The notes beneath the pieces are model-generated. The model saw only the letters and a list, made by a program, of their open reading frames with translations. It was not told the origin of the DNA and ran no database searches. DNA of 64,000 nucleotides from Felis catus (taxonomy: Eukaryota), in contig NC_058368.1 in NCBI RefSeq assembly GCF_018350175.1, forward strand, positions 193,938,001-194,002,000. Reading direction: 5' to 3'. Each line of letters begins with the position of its first letter. The stretch's first letter is position 1. A program made the translations under genes and the position numbers. Below, in pieces: positions 37,881-49,587 of the stretch.

Positions 37881-40800
37881 ATTTAGGGTAACTATAATGG
37901 ATTAAAACAACCACATATACAGTGCTTATATGAGACCCACTTTAGAAGTAAAGACACAGACTGAAAGTGAAGGGATAAAAAAAGATCTTCCATTCAAAAG
38001 GATCTGAAAAGAATGCTAGTGTGCTTATACTCATATCAGACAAAATAGACTTTAACACAAATAATATAATAGACAAAGGGGGCGCTACCTAATGATAAAC
38101 ACCTCAACCTAGCAAGAAAATAAAACATTTATAAATATATATGCACCCAACATAGGAATACCAAAATCTATAAAGCAAATATTAACAGACATGAAGGGAG
38201 AAACTGACAGAAATACAATAATAATAGGAGACTTTAATGCAACACTTACATCAATGGATAGATCATTCAGGTAGAATATCTACAAGGAAACATAGACCTT
38301 AACACATTAGACCATATGGGTTTAATATATAAAAAGCAGCATGATACAGATTTTCCATAAGTGCAAATGGAACATTCTCCAGGATAGATCACATGGCAGG
38401 CCACACAGAACAAGTCTTAATAAATTCAAGAAGATTGAAATCATATCAAGCATCTTTTCTGACCACAATGGTATAAAACTAAATATCAATTACAAGAAGA
38501 AAACTGGGAAAACTAATATGTGGAGATTAAACAACATGTTACTGAACAACTCCTGAATCATAGGAGAAATAAATGCCTAGAGACAAATGAAAACAGAAGT
38601 GTGACATAGCAAAATCTATAGGATGCAGCAAAAGTGGTTCCAAGAAGAAAGTTCATAGTACTACAGGCCTATCTCAAAAAAAAAAAAAAAAAAAAAAAAA
38701 AAACACACAAAAAAACCACAAAAAAACCCAATAACAACAAGAAGAGAAATCTCAAACAATTTAACTTTACTCCTAAAGGAACCAGAAAAAGAGGATAAAG
38801 CCTAACGTTAGTAGAAGCTAGGAAATAATAAATATCTGAATGGAAATAAATGAAATAGAGAATAGATACTAGTAAAGATCAATAAAGTAAAAGCTGGTTC
38901 TTTAAAAAAAAACAGAATAGACAAATCCTTAGCTAGATTGCCCAAGGAAAAAGGAGAAGCTTCAAATAAAATCAGAAATGAAAGAGAAGTTACAAATGAT
39001 ACACAGAAATATAAAGGATCATAAAAGATTACTATGAACAGTTATAGACCAACAAATTTGACAATCAGGAAGAAATGGATAAATTCCTAGAAACATACTA
39101 AGACTAAACTACTAAGACTGAATCATGAAGAAATAGAAAATCAGATTAGACGAATTACTAGTAAGGAGATTGAATCAATAATCAAAAGCCTCTCAATAAA
39201 CAAATATTCAGTACCAGATGGTTTCACTGATGAATTTGACCAAATATTCAAACAAGATTTAGACCAGTCCTTTTCAAACTCTCCCCCAAAAAATTAAATG
39301 TGAGGGAGCATTTCCAAACTCATTTTACAAGGCCAGCATTGCTCTAATAGCAAAACCAGAAAAAGATGCCACAAAAAAAAAGAAAGAAAAATTATATGTC
39401 AGTATCTCTGATGAACACAGGTGCAAAAATCTGCAACAACATATCAGAAAACTGAATTCAACAAGATATTAAAATTATCATATGCAATGGTCAAGTAGGT
39501 TTTATGCCAAGGACGCAAGGATGGTTTAACATCCACAAATCAATATCATGATACACCACATTAACCAAGTGAAAGATAAAAATATGATTGTTTCAACAGA
39601 TGCAGAAAAAGAATTTGATAAAATTCACCACTTAAGGTAAAAACTCTCAACAAAGTGGGTATACAAAGAATTTACTTCATCATAATAAATGATATATATT
39701 AAGCCCACAGCTAATACCAAACTCAATGATGAAAAACTGAATTTTTTTCTCAAAAAAACAAGACAAGGATGCCCAGTCTCCCCACTGTTAATTAACACAG
39801 TATTGGTTGTCCTAACCATACAAATTAGGCAAGAGAAAGAAATGAAACTATCCAAAGTAGGAAGAAAGAAGTAAAACTATTTGTGGGTGATGTAATACTA
39901 TATATAGAAAATGCTTAAGACTCCAGAAAAAAAACCCCAAAAACTGTTAAAACTAATAAATTAGGATACAAAATTAATATGCAAAAATCTGTTGTTTGTT
40001 TAATAAAAAAACCATCAGAAAAAGAAATTAAGAAAATAAACCTATTTATGGCATAAGAAGAAAAAAATATCTAAAAATAAATTTACCCAAGAAAATGAAA
40101 GATCTGTACATCAAAAATTATAAACACTGATGAAAAAATTGAAGACAACATCAGAAAATGTAAAGATACTCTGTGCTCTTGGACTGAAAGAATTAGTATT
40201 GTTAAAAAGTCCAAACTAGTGAAAGCAACCTACAGATTCAATGCAATTTCTACCAGAGTATTGCACACAATTAAAATAATTCTAAAATGTATATGGAATC
40301 ACAAAAGACTGCAAAAAGCCAAAACACTCTTGACCAAAGCTAGCGGTATTATGCTCCCATATTTCAAACTGTATTACAAAGCTATGGCAATCAAAAAAGT
40401 ATGGTATGGCACAAAAAAAGACCTGTAGATCAATAGAACAGAATAGATAGCCCAGAAATAAACCTATGTGTATATGGTAAATTTTTGACAAATACACTGG
40501 TAAGAGGACAGTCTCTTCAAAAAAATGTCATATACACTGGTAAGAGGACAGTGTCTTCAAAAAATTTTTGGGGGGAAAAACTGGGACAGCTACATGCAAA
40601 AGAAGGAAACTGGTCTGCTGTCTTAGACCATATACAAATACTAACTCAAAATGCATTAAATACTTGAATGCAAGACCTGAAACCATAAAACTCCTAGAAG
40701 CAGACATAGGCAGTAAGTTCCTTGACATTGGTCCTAACGATGTTTTCTTGGATCTGACTGCACAGGCAAGGGGAATCAAAAGCAAAAATAAATAAATGGG

Positions 40801-41216
40801 ATTACACCAAAGTATAGAGCTTCTGCACAGCAAAATAAGTCATCAGCAAAACAAAAAGCAATATACTGAAAGGGAGAAAATATTTTCAAATCTTTTATCT
40901 GATAAGGGGCTAATATCAAAAATCTGTGAAGAATGTATGCGACTCATTACCAATTAAAAAACAATCCAATTAAAGAGTGGGCAGAGGATCTGAATAAAAA
41001 TTTTTCCAAAAAAGACATACAGATGGCCAATAGGTACATAAAGAGATCTTCAACATCACTAATCACCAAGGAAATGCAAATCAAAACCACAATGAGATTT
41101 TACCTTACAATTAGCAGAATGGCTATTATAAAAAATACAAGAAATAACAAGTTTTGGTGAGGATGTGGAGAAAAGGGAACCCTCGTACACTGTTGGTGGG
41201 AGTATAAACCAGTGCA

Positions 41217-41824
41217 TTCACCAGCAAAGAAAACAATCGGCAAAACTAAAAGGCAACCGACAGAATGGGAGAAGATATTTGCAAACGACATATGAGATAA
41301 AGGGTTAGTATCCAATATCTGTAAAGAACTTACCAAACTCTACACCCAAAAAACAAATAATCTTGTGGAGAAATGGGCAAAAGACCTGAATAGACCCTTC
41401 TCCAAAGAAGACATCCAGATGGCCAACCCACACATGAAAAAATGCTCAACATCACTTATTATCAGGGAAATACAAATTAAAACCACAATGAGATACCACC
41501 TCACACCTGTCAGAATGGCTAACATTGGCAACTCAGGCAACAACAGATGTTGGTGAGGATGCAGAGAAAGGATCTCTTTTGCGCTGCTGGTGGGAAAGCA
41601 AGCTGGTGCAGCCACTCTGGAAAACAGTATGGAGGTTCCTCAAAAAATTAAAAATAGAACTATCCTATGACCCAGAAATTGCACTACTAGGTATTTATCC
41701 AAAGGACACAAAAATTCTGATTCAAAGGGGCACATGCACCCTATGTTTATAGTAGCACTATCAACAATAGCCAAAGTATGGAAAGAGCCCGAATGTCCAT
41801 CGATGGATGAATAAAGAAGATGTG

Positions 41825-41880
<56 letters not shown>

Positions 41881-42307
41881 ATATATATGTACATATATAC
41901 GTATATATACATATACATATATATGTATATATACATACACACACACAATGGAGTATTACTTGGCAATCAAAAAGAAAGAAATCTTGCCATTTGCAACTAC
42001 GTGGATGAAACTAGAAGGTATTATGGCAAGTGAAAGTAGTCAGAGAATGACAAATATATGACTTCACACATATGAGGATTTTAAGATACAAAACAGATGA
42101 ACATAAAGGAAGGGAAGCAAAAATCATATAAAAACAGGGAGGGGGACGAAACATAAGAGACTCTTAAAGATGGAGAACAAACAGAGGGTTACTGGAGGGG
42201 TTTGGGTTGGGGGATGGGCTAAATAGGTAAAGGGCATTAAGAAATCTACTCCTTAAATCATTGTTGCACTACATGCTAACTAACTTGGATATAAAGTGAA
42301 AAAATAA
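41217..42307 (+). mobile_element. 5'-truncated younger felid L1 (L1_Fc-like) nested in the older L1 ORF2
   Basis: Less decayed ORF2 C-terminus ([20 protein letters not shown]...[34 protein letters not shown]); 3'UTR 'gggcattaagaaatctactccttaaatcattgttgcactacatgctaactaacttgg'; TSD ataaaccagtgca / ataaattggtgca. Confidence 0.9.
41826..41947. repeat. Compound (TG)n/(TA)n/(CA)n microsatellite
   Basis: Directly visible. Confidence 0.97.
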
Positions 42308-43907
42308 ATAAATTGGTGCAGTCACATGGGCAATAGTGCAGAGGATGTTTTAAAAATTTTTTTAAAAAGAATTGCCATATGATTCAGCAATTCCCCTACT
42401 GGGTATCTATCCAAAGAAAATGAAAACAGATTCAAAACGATATAGTACCCCTATGCTCATTACAACATTATTCACATTAGCCACAAGATGGAAGTATAGA
42501 AACAACCTAAGTGTGAATGGATAAAGGACATGTGATCTCTCTTTCTGTCACTCACTTGCTCACTCTGAAATAAGTGTTGCTCAGCCATAAAAAAAAGGAT
42601 GAAATCTTGCCATTTGCAACAACACAAGTGAACCTTGAGGATATTATGTTAAGTGAAATAAGTTGGAAAAAGACAAATCCTGCATGATTTCACTTATATG
42701 TGGAATCTTCAAAACATCAGACACAAATGAAATAAGACCTAGCCTCGTAGAAAAGAGAACAAACTGGTGGTTGACAGAAGAAAGTGTGAAGTGAGTGAAG
42801 GGTGTCAAGAAACACAAACTTCTAGGTATAAAAATAAACAGGTCATGGGAATGTAATGTATAGCATGGGGAGTATAAGCAATAATATTATATTAACTTTG
42901 TATGGTGACAGATGGTAATTAGAATTATTGTGATCATTTTGCAATGTATACAGATGACAAGTACACCTGACACTAATAAAATGTAAGCCAATGTATGCCA
43001 ATATCTCAATAAAAACAAATGAAAAGTACTCAGTTATGCATCCATCATCACCATCTATTTCCGGACTATCCCATGCAACCCGTACACATTAGTGACTACC
43101 TGTACACATTAGTGACTACTCAAAAAAGCAACCCGTACACATTAGTGACTACTCTTGTTCTTTCTTCCACCCACCCCGTGGAGCTACTAATCTATCACTT
43201 CGTCTATTCCTGAGATGACACGTATATGGAATAATAGAATATAGCAGTTTTTATGTCTGGATTCTTTGACTTGGCATAATATTTTTGAGGTTTGAGTATT
43301 TCATACTAGATATTAGTGCACCATTCCTTCATAATACAGAATATTTGGTTACCACATTTTGTTTATTCATCAGTTGATGGACATTAGGGTTGTTTTCACT
43401 TGTTGGCTATTACATATAATGCTGGTGTACATGTACAAATTTTGTGTGACTATGTTTTCCATTCTCTTATGTATGTACCTAGGAATGGAATTCTTGGGTC
43501 ATATACTATGTTTAACTTTTTAAGGCATGCCAAATTATTTTACATAGTGGCTGAACCATTTTATATCCCCACCAGCAATGCATGAGGATTTCAAATTTAC
43601 CATAGACCCCAAAGCACTTGTTTTCTGATTGTATTATAACAGCCTTCCTAGTGTGTGTGAAATGGTATTTCATTATGGTTTTGATTTGCATTTCCCTAAT
43701 GACATTGAGCATCTTTTGTGTGCTTTCTGGACATTGTATGTCTTTATTAGAGAAATGCCTATCCAAATTCTTTGCCCACTAAAATTGGGTTGTCTTTTGT
43801 TAAGTGGTTAGAGTTCTTTGTATATTATAGATAAAATCTTTCATCAAATATGATATGCATACATTTCCTCCCTTTCTGTGTGTTGCTTCTTTTTTACACT
43901 TTGATAT

Positions 43908-44943
43908 CTTTTGTATTGAAGTGTAATGAACACACAGTATAAGGTATAAGGTAATGATTTAGCAATTCTATGCATTATTTAGTGCTTACCATAAGTATAG
44001 TTATCACCTGTCACCCTATAATATTATTTTAATACTTTAGATTATATTTCCATCTGCTATACTTCTCATCTCATGACTTATTTTATAACTTGAAGTTGTA
44101 CTTCTTAATACCCTTCATCTACTTCATCCACCCTCTCACTCACCTTCCTTATACCAACCACCCATTTTTTCTCTGTATTTGAGAGTCTTGCTTTTGTTTC
44201 TTTGTTTGTTTTGCTTTTTAGATTCCACATATAAGTGAAATATTATGGTATTTGTCTTTTTCTGTTTTATTTCACTTAACATAAATTCTAGGGCCATCCA
44301 TGTTGTTGTTAATGGCAAGATCTCATTCTTTTTTATGACTTAGTAATATTCCACTCTGTGTGTGGGGGGGGTGGGTGGGTGTGTGTGGGTGTGGGTGTGT
44401 GTGTCTACACACACATCTTTATCCGTTCATCTATCAGTGGACACTTAGGTAACTTTTATAGCTTGGCTATTTTAAATAATGCCACAATAAGCATAGAAAT
44501 GTAATATTATAAAGTGTTAATATCCAAAATGTAGAAAGAACTTATACAATTCAGCACCAAAAAACCCAAATAATTCAGTTTACAATGGGTGGAGAACCTG
44601 AATAGACATTTTTTCCATAGAAGACATCCAGATGGCCAGTAGACACATGAAAAGATGCTTACCATCACTAATTATCAGGAAAATGCAAATCAAAACCACA
44701 AGATAATACTTTACACCTATCAGAATAGCTAGAATCAAAGACAAGAAATAAATATTGAAGGGGTGACTGGCTGGCTAAGTTGGTTAAGTGTCAGACATCG
44801 CTCAGGTCATGATCTCACAGTTCATGGGTTGAAGCCCTGCATTAGGCTCCGTGCTGACTGACTGGAGCCTGTTTGGGATTCTGAGTCTCCCTTTCTCTTT
44901 GCCCCTCCTCTGCTCATGCTCTCTGTCTCTCAAAAATAAACAT

Positions 44944-44987
<44 letters not shown>

Positions 44988-45172
44988 AGTAAGTAAGTAA
45001 GTAAGTAAGTAAGTATTGAAGAGGATGTGGAGAAAAAAGGAACACTTGTGCTCTATTGGTGAGAATGTAAATTTGGTGCAGCCACCATGGAAAATAGTAA
45101 GGAGATTCCTCAAAATGTTAAAAATGCCGTATGATCCAATAATTCCACTACTGGGTATTTACCCAGTGGAAA
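43908..45172 (-). mobile_element. Carnivore L1 3' fragment with inverted 5' segment
   Basis: 43908-44501 is antisense L1 3' end; 44502-45172 is the adjacent upstream ORF2 segment in the opposite orientation. Confidence 0.8.
44760..45010 (+). mobile_element. CAN-SINE with (TAAA)n(TAAG)n tail
   Basis: SINE core; tail turned into a compound tetranucleotide repeat; TSD ...aa(a/g)tattgaag. Confidence 0.95.
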
Positions 45173-45182
45173 TTAATTGGAA

Positions 45183-45405
45183 GCGTGCCTGGGTGGCTCA
45201 GCCGGTTAAGTGTCCGACTTTGGCTCAGGTCATGATCTCATGGTTGGTGAGTTTGAGCCTGCATTGGGCTCTGTGCTAACAGCTCAGAGCTTGAAGCCTG
45301 CTTCAGACTCGGTGTCTCCCTCTCTCTCTGCCCCTCCCCCGTTCATGCTATGTCTCTCAAAAATAAATAAACATTAAAAAAATAATTTAAAAAAAGTTAA
45401 AAAAA
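45183..45405 (+). mobile_element. CAN-SINE (SINEC_Fc)
   Basis: 'gcgtgcctgggtggctcagccggttaagtgtccgactttggctcaggtcatgatctc'. Confidence 0.95.
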
Positions 45406-46566
45406 ATTGGACATTAATTTTATTTATATATTATATATAATTAATACATATTGATGATATATATTTAAACAAAAAAAACTTACAAAAAATTTTGGTGAAG
45501 CCCAAATTATATTTCTTTTTGTTGTGTTATTTTTGTTATATATCAGAAACTATTGCCTGATCCAACACCATGAAGGTTTACCCTATATTTTCTTATACAA
45601 GTTTTACAGTTTTAGGTCTGTGATTTACTTTGAGTTAATTTTTGTGTCTGGGATGAGAAAACTCATTTTTTTGTCCTATATGTTATCCAGATGTGTCAGC
45701 ATTATTGGTTCAAGACTACTCTCTTACCATTGAATTGTGTTGGCATTCTTGTCAAAAATCAACTGACTATAGTGCAAGATTTTATTTCTGAACTCTCAAT
45801 TCTGTTGATCTACATGTCAGTTCTTAATGCCAATATCACACTGTCTTGATTACTGTGGTTTTGTAGCAAATTTTGGCAGACTGTTTTGGGTATTCAGGGT
45901 TTCTTGCATTTCCATATGCATTTTAGAGTCATCTTGTCAATTGCTGGTGGAAAAAAAGGCAGATGAGATTTTCATAGAGATTTCATTGAGATGTAGATCA
46001 ATTTGTGGACTATTGCCATCTTAATGGTATTGAGTCTTTTCATCCCTGGGCATGAGATGTCTTTGCATTTATTTAGGTCTTTAAAATTTTTGTTCAATGG
46101 TGTTTTACAGTTTTAGTGTAAAAATCTAATACTTCTTTTATTAAATGTATTCCTGAATATTGTATTTTTTGTATGACATTATAAATGAAATTGATTTCTT
46201 TTTCAGTTTCATTTTTAGGTTATTTATTATTATTGTAAAGTGATACAATTGATTTTTGTAGATACCTATTGTAACCTGAAACCTTGCTGAATATGTATAT
46301 TAGCAATTATACTTTTTGTTGATTCCTTAGAATTTTCTATATGCAAAATTATATTAACTGAAAATAAAGATATAGTTTTACTTCTTTTTTCTAATCTAGA
46401 TCCTGTTATTTATTTATTTTTTACTCAAAATCTGTTAAGAACCTCCATTACAATTTGAATAGAAATGGCAAGAATGGATAGTCTTATCTTGTTCCTGATC
46501 TTCTGGGGATAATTTTTAATCTTTCACCATTAAATGTGATTTTAACTGTGGAATTTTGCAGCTGTC

Positions 46567-47010
46567 TGTGTTTGTTTCTGGAGGATACTGTTACCAAAAA
46601 TGAGGTAGCTTAAACAAGGGAAGCATATTCCGTCATTGATCTGTAGACCAAAAGTTCAAAATCTGGTAAAGCTCCTTCAGGGGCTGTAATGGAAAATCAA
46701 TTCCTTGAATTTTCCAGCTTCTGGTGTTTGCCCTGGCACTCCTGGACCGTGGCCCCTTAGCTCTTATCTCTGTGTCTGTGTTCATATCACATTTTTTGCT
46801 GTGGGTCAGTATCTTACAAGGATACGCATGATTGCAGTAGGGCCAACTGGATAATCCAGGATAAACTCCTCCTCTTAAGATCCTTAACTTAATTACATAT
46901 TTTGCAATATAGGGTAATATTCATTCTTTGGCCATATGAGGTAAATTGGTCAGGTTCTGACACTGTGACGTAGAAATATCATTTCAAGTGCCATCATTCA
47001 ACCCAGTACA
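46567..47010 (-). mobile_element. MLT1 (C/D-like) LTR inserted in old L1
   Basis: 'agcttaaacaaggg...ccaaaagttcaaaatc...ggataatccaggataa...aagatccttaacttaattacat...ccatcattcaacccagtaca'. Confidence 0.8.
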
Positions 47011-47579
47011 ATGCCCTTTAGTGGATTGAGGAAGTGCCTTCCTGTTCCACAGTTGTTGAAATTTGTATTTTATTTCTTATCATGAAAGAAACTTGGATTT
47101 TGTCAAATGCTGTTTCCACATTGAGATGATCATGTGATTTTATTGTCTGTATTCTGTTAGTGTGCTGCAGTACATTGGTTAGCTTTGGTATGTTACAACA
47201 ACCTTTGCATTCCTAAGATAAATCCTACTAAGTTACAGTGTATAATCCTTTTTATATGTTGCTGAAATCAGTTTGATAGTATTATGTTGAATATTTATTT
47301 GCACATCTATATTCATAAGGGATATTTGCCCGTAGTTTTCTTTTTTTTATCATTTCTTTGTCTGGTTTTGGCATCAGAGTAATACTGTCTCAAGAAATGA
47401 TGTTTAGTCCTCTTCTGATTTTTGGAAGAGTTTGTGTAAAATTTCTGTTAATTCTTTCAACATCTGGTAGAATTCATTCATGAAGCCATTCATCTGGACT
47501 TTTCTTTGTGGGCAGTTTTTGCTTACTAATTCAATTTTTTTACTTGTTATTGGTCTGTTTATATATTCTAATTCAAAAC

Positions 47580-47787
47580 ATTTTTAATGCTTATTCATTT
47601 TTGAGAGAGAGAGAGACAGAGCACAAGCAGGGGAGGGGCAGAGAGAGAGGGATACACAGGATCCGAAGCAAGCTCCAGGCTCTGAGCTGTCAGCACAGAG
47701 CCCAAAGTGGGGCTTGACTCATGAATCACAAGATCATGACCTGTGCTGAAATCAGATGCTTAACCAACTGAAACACCCAGGTGCCCC
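47580..47787 (-). mobile_element. CAN-SINE
   Basis: 'ggggaggggcagagagagagggatacacaggatccgaagcaagctccaggctctgagctgtcagc...cccaggtgcccc'. Confidence 0.95.
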
Positions 47788-48059
47788 TATATTTTCTAAT
47801 TATTGATTCAGTTTCAGTAGTTTGTGTCTTTCTAGAAAATTGTCCTTTTCATTTAAGTTGTTTAATTTGCTGGCCTACAATATTCATAGTATTCCATTGT
47901 ACATATATTTGTAATATCTGAAAAGTTGGTAGTGATATCCTCTGTTCAGTTCCTTATTTTAGCAAACTGTATCTACTTTCCTTCTCTCTCCCCACTCCTC
48001 CTTGATCAGTCTAGCTAAAGGTTGGTCAATTTTGTTGATTTTTTTTAAAACATCTTTTT

Positions 48060-48185
48060 AAAAAATTTTTTAAAAGTTTTTATTTAAATTCCAATTATTT
48101 AACATACAGTGTAATATTAGTTTCAAGTGTACAACTTAGAGATTCAACACTTACAATATCCAGTGCTCATCACAGCAAGTGCAAA
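48060..48185 (-). mobile_element. Short carnivore L1 3' end
   Basis: 'tttatttaaattccaattatttaacatacagtgtaatattagtttcaagtgtacaac...cagtgctcatcacagcaagtgc'. Confidence 0.8.
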
Positions 48186-48334
48186 AAAACCCTTCAAAAC
48201 CAAAAAAACAACCTTTTAGATTCATTATTTTACTTATTGTTTTTCTATTTCATTTATTTTATCCTCAATTTTTTTTATTATTTCCTTCCTTCTGTTTGCT
48301 ATAGGTTTAGTTTCCTTTTCTTTTTACTTAAAGT

Positions 48335-48556
48335 GTTTTTTTTAAGTTCATTTATTTATTTTGAGAGAGAGAAAGAGTATATGTCCAAGCACCCATGGAG
48401 GAGGGGCAGAGACAGAGGGAGAGAGAGAATTCCAAACAGGCTCCACACTGTCAGCACAGAGCTGGTCACAGGGCTTGATCCTCAGAACTGTGAGATCATG
48501 ACCTGCACCAAAATCAGGAGTCAGATACTTAATGGACTGAGCCACCAAGGCAGCCC
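48335..48556 (-). mobile_element. CAN-SINE
   Basis: SINE core; TSD tacttaaagt (48325-48334 / 48557-48566). Confidence 0.95.
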
Positions 48557-48762
48557 TACTTAAAGTTATTTGTAAAGTAACAAGTCAAGATTTTTTTTAG
48601 TAGGCATTTACAGCTATAAATTCCTCTGTGAGCACTACTTCAGCCCCATTTCTGAGTCTTGGCATGTTATGTTTACCTTTTTGTGCATCTAAAAATGTTA
48701 CTTAATTTTTTGTGTGTGTGATTTCTTCTTTGACACATTGGTTATTTAGAAGTTTGTTGTTT

Positions 48763-49587
48763 GGGGAGCCTGTGTGGCTCAGTTGGTTGAGCATCTAACT
48801 TTGGCTCAGGTCAGGATTTCAAACCATCTGATGTCTTCTTTTGAAAAATGTCTATATCTTTTATCCATTACTTCACTGGATTTTTTTTTTTTTTTTGGTG
48901 TTGAATTTAATAAGTTCTTTACAGATTTTGGATACCAACCCTTTATCTGATAAGTCATTTGCAAACATTTTCTCCCATTCCATTAGTTGCCTTTTAGTTT
49001 TGCTGATTGTTTCCTTCCCTGTGGAGAGTGTTTTTGTTTTGTTTTGTTTTCTTTTCTTTATCTTTATGAGGTCCCAATAGTTCATTTTTGCTTTTGTTTC
49101 CCTTGCCTCTGGACACATGTTTAGTAAGAATTTGCTGTGGCTGAGGTCAAGAGGTTTTTGCCTGCATTTTCCTCTAGAATTTTTCTTGTCTTACATTTAG
49201 GTCTTTCATCCATTTTGAGTTTATTTTTGTATATGGTGTCAGAAAGTGGTCCAGGTTCATTCTACTGCATGTCACTGTCCAGTTTTCCCAACGCCACTTG
49301 CTGAAGAGACTGTCTTTATTCCATTGGATATTCTTTCCTGTTTTGTCAAAGATTAGTTGGCCATACATTCGTGGGTCCATTCTTGGGTTCTCTATTCTGT
49401 TCCATTGATCTGAGTGTCTGTTTTTGTGTCAGTACCATACTGTCTTGCTAAAGCTTGTGAGCTCAAGCTCCACATTAGGCTTGCTGCTGTCAGCATAGAG
49501 CCCACTTCAGATCTTCTGTCCTATCCTTTTTGCCCCTCACTGTTTGCATTCTCTCAAAGATAAACATTTAAAAAAATAAAAAAAAAA
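48763..49587 (+). mobile_element. CAN-SINE split by an internal L1 fragment
   Basis: SINE 5' part 48763-48821 and 3' part 49454-49587; TSD tagaagtttgttgttt (48747-48762 / 49588-49603). Confidence 0.9.
48824..49447 (-). mobile_element. Internal felid L1 ORF2 fragment without poly-A or TSD
   Basis: Translates to L1 ORF2 ([29 protein letters not shown]...; KRQLMEWEKMFANDLSDKGLVSKI). Confidence 0.9.

Larger units (their letters stand above)
34689..43020 (+). mobile_element. Near-full-length decayed carnivore L1 (L1MA9/L1_Carn-like) with 5'UTR, ORF1 and ORF2 remnants
   Basis: 5' 'gggacttgtgcaagatggc' start; ORF1 remnant (KGVENIFEEVMAENFPNLGK...IQVQKAQR, ~36282-37370); ORF2 EN/RT remnants ([51 protein letters not shown]); 3' 'acacctgacactaataaaatg...tcaataaaaa'; many stops and frameshifts. 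Confidence 0.93.

Noticed and set aside
38676..38742. Long poly-A suggesting a retrocopy tail
   Set aside because: L1 ORF2 sequence is collinear on both sides; it is an expanded A-tract with no upstream retrogene
36880..41752. ORFs with clear L1 ORF1/ORF2 similarity as a functional retrotransposon or gene
   Set aside because: Broken by many stops, frameshifts, a deletion and nested insertions, so not retrotransposition-competent
43075..43154. Short repeats with spacers resembling a CRISPR array
   Set aside because: Mammalian DNA, only three irregular copies inside an L1, no cas genes
44362..44402. G-rich potential G-quadruplex
   Set aside because: A degenerate (TG/G)n microsatellite at a common expansion site in the L1 3' region; no evidence of function
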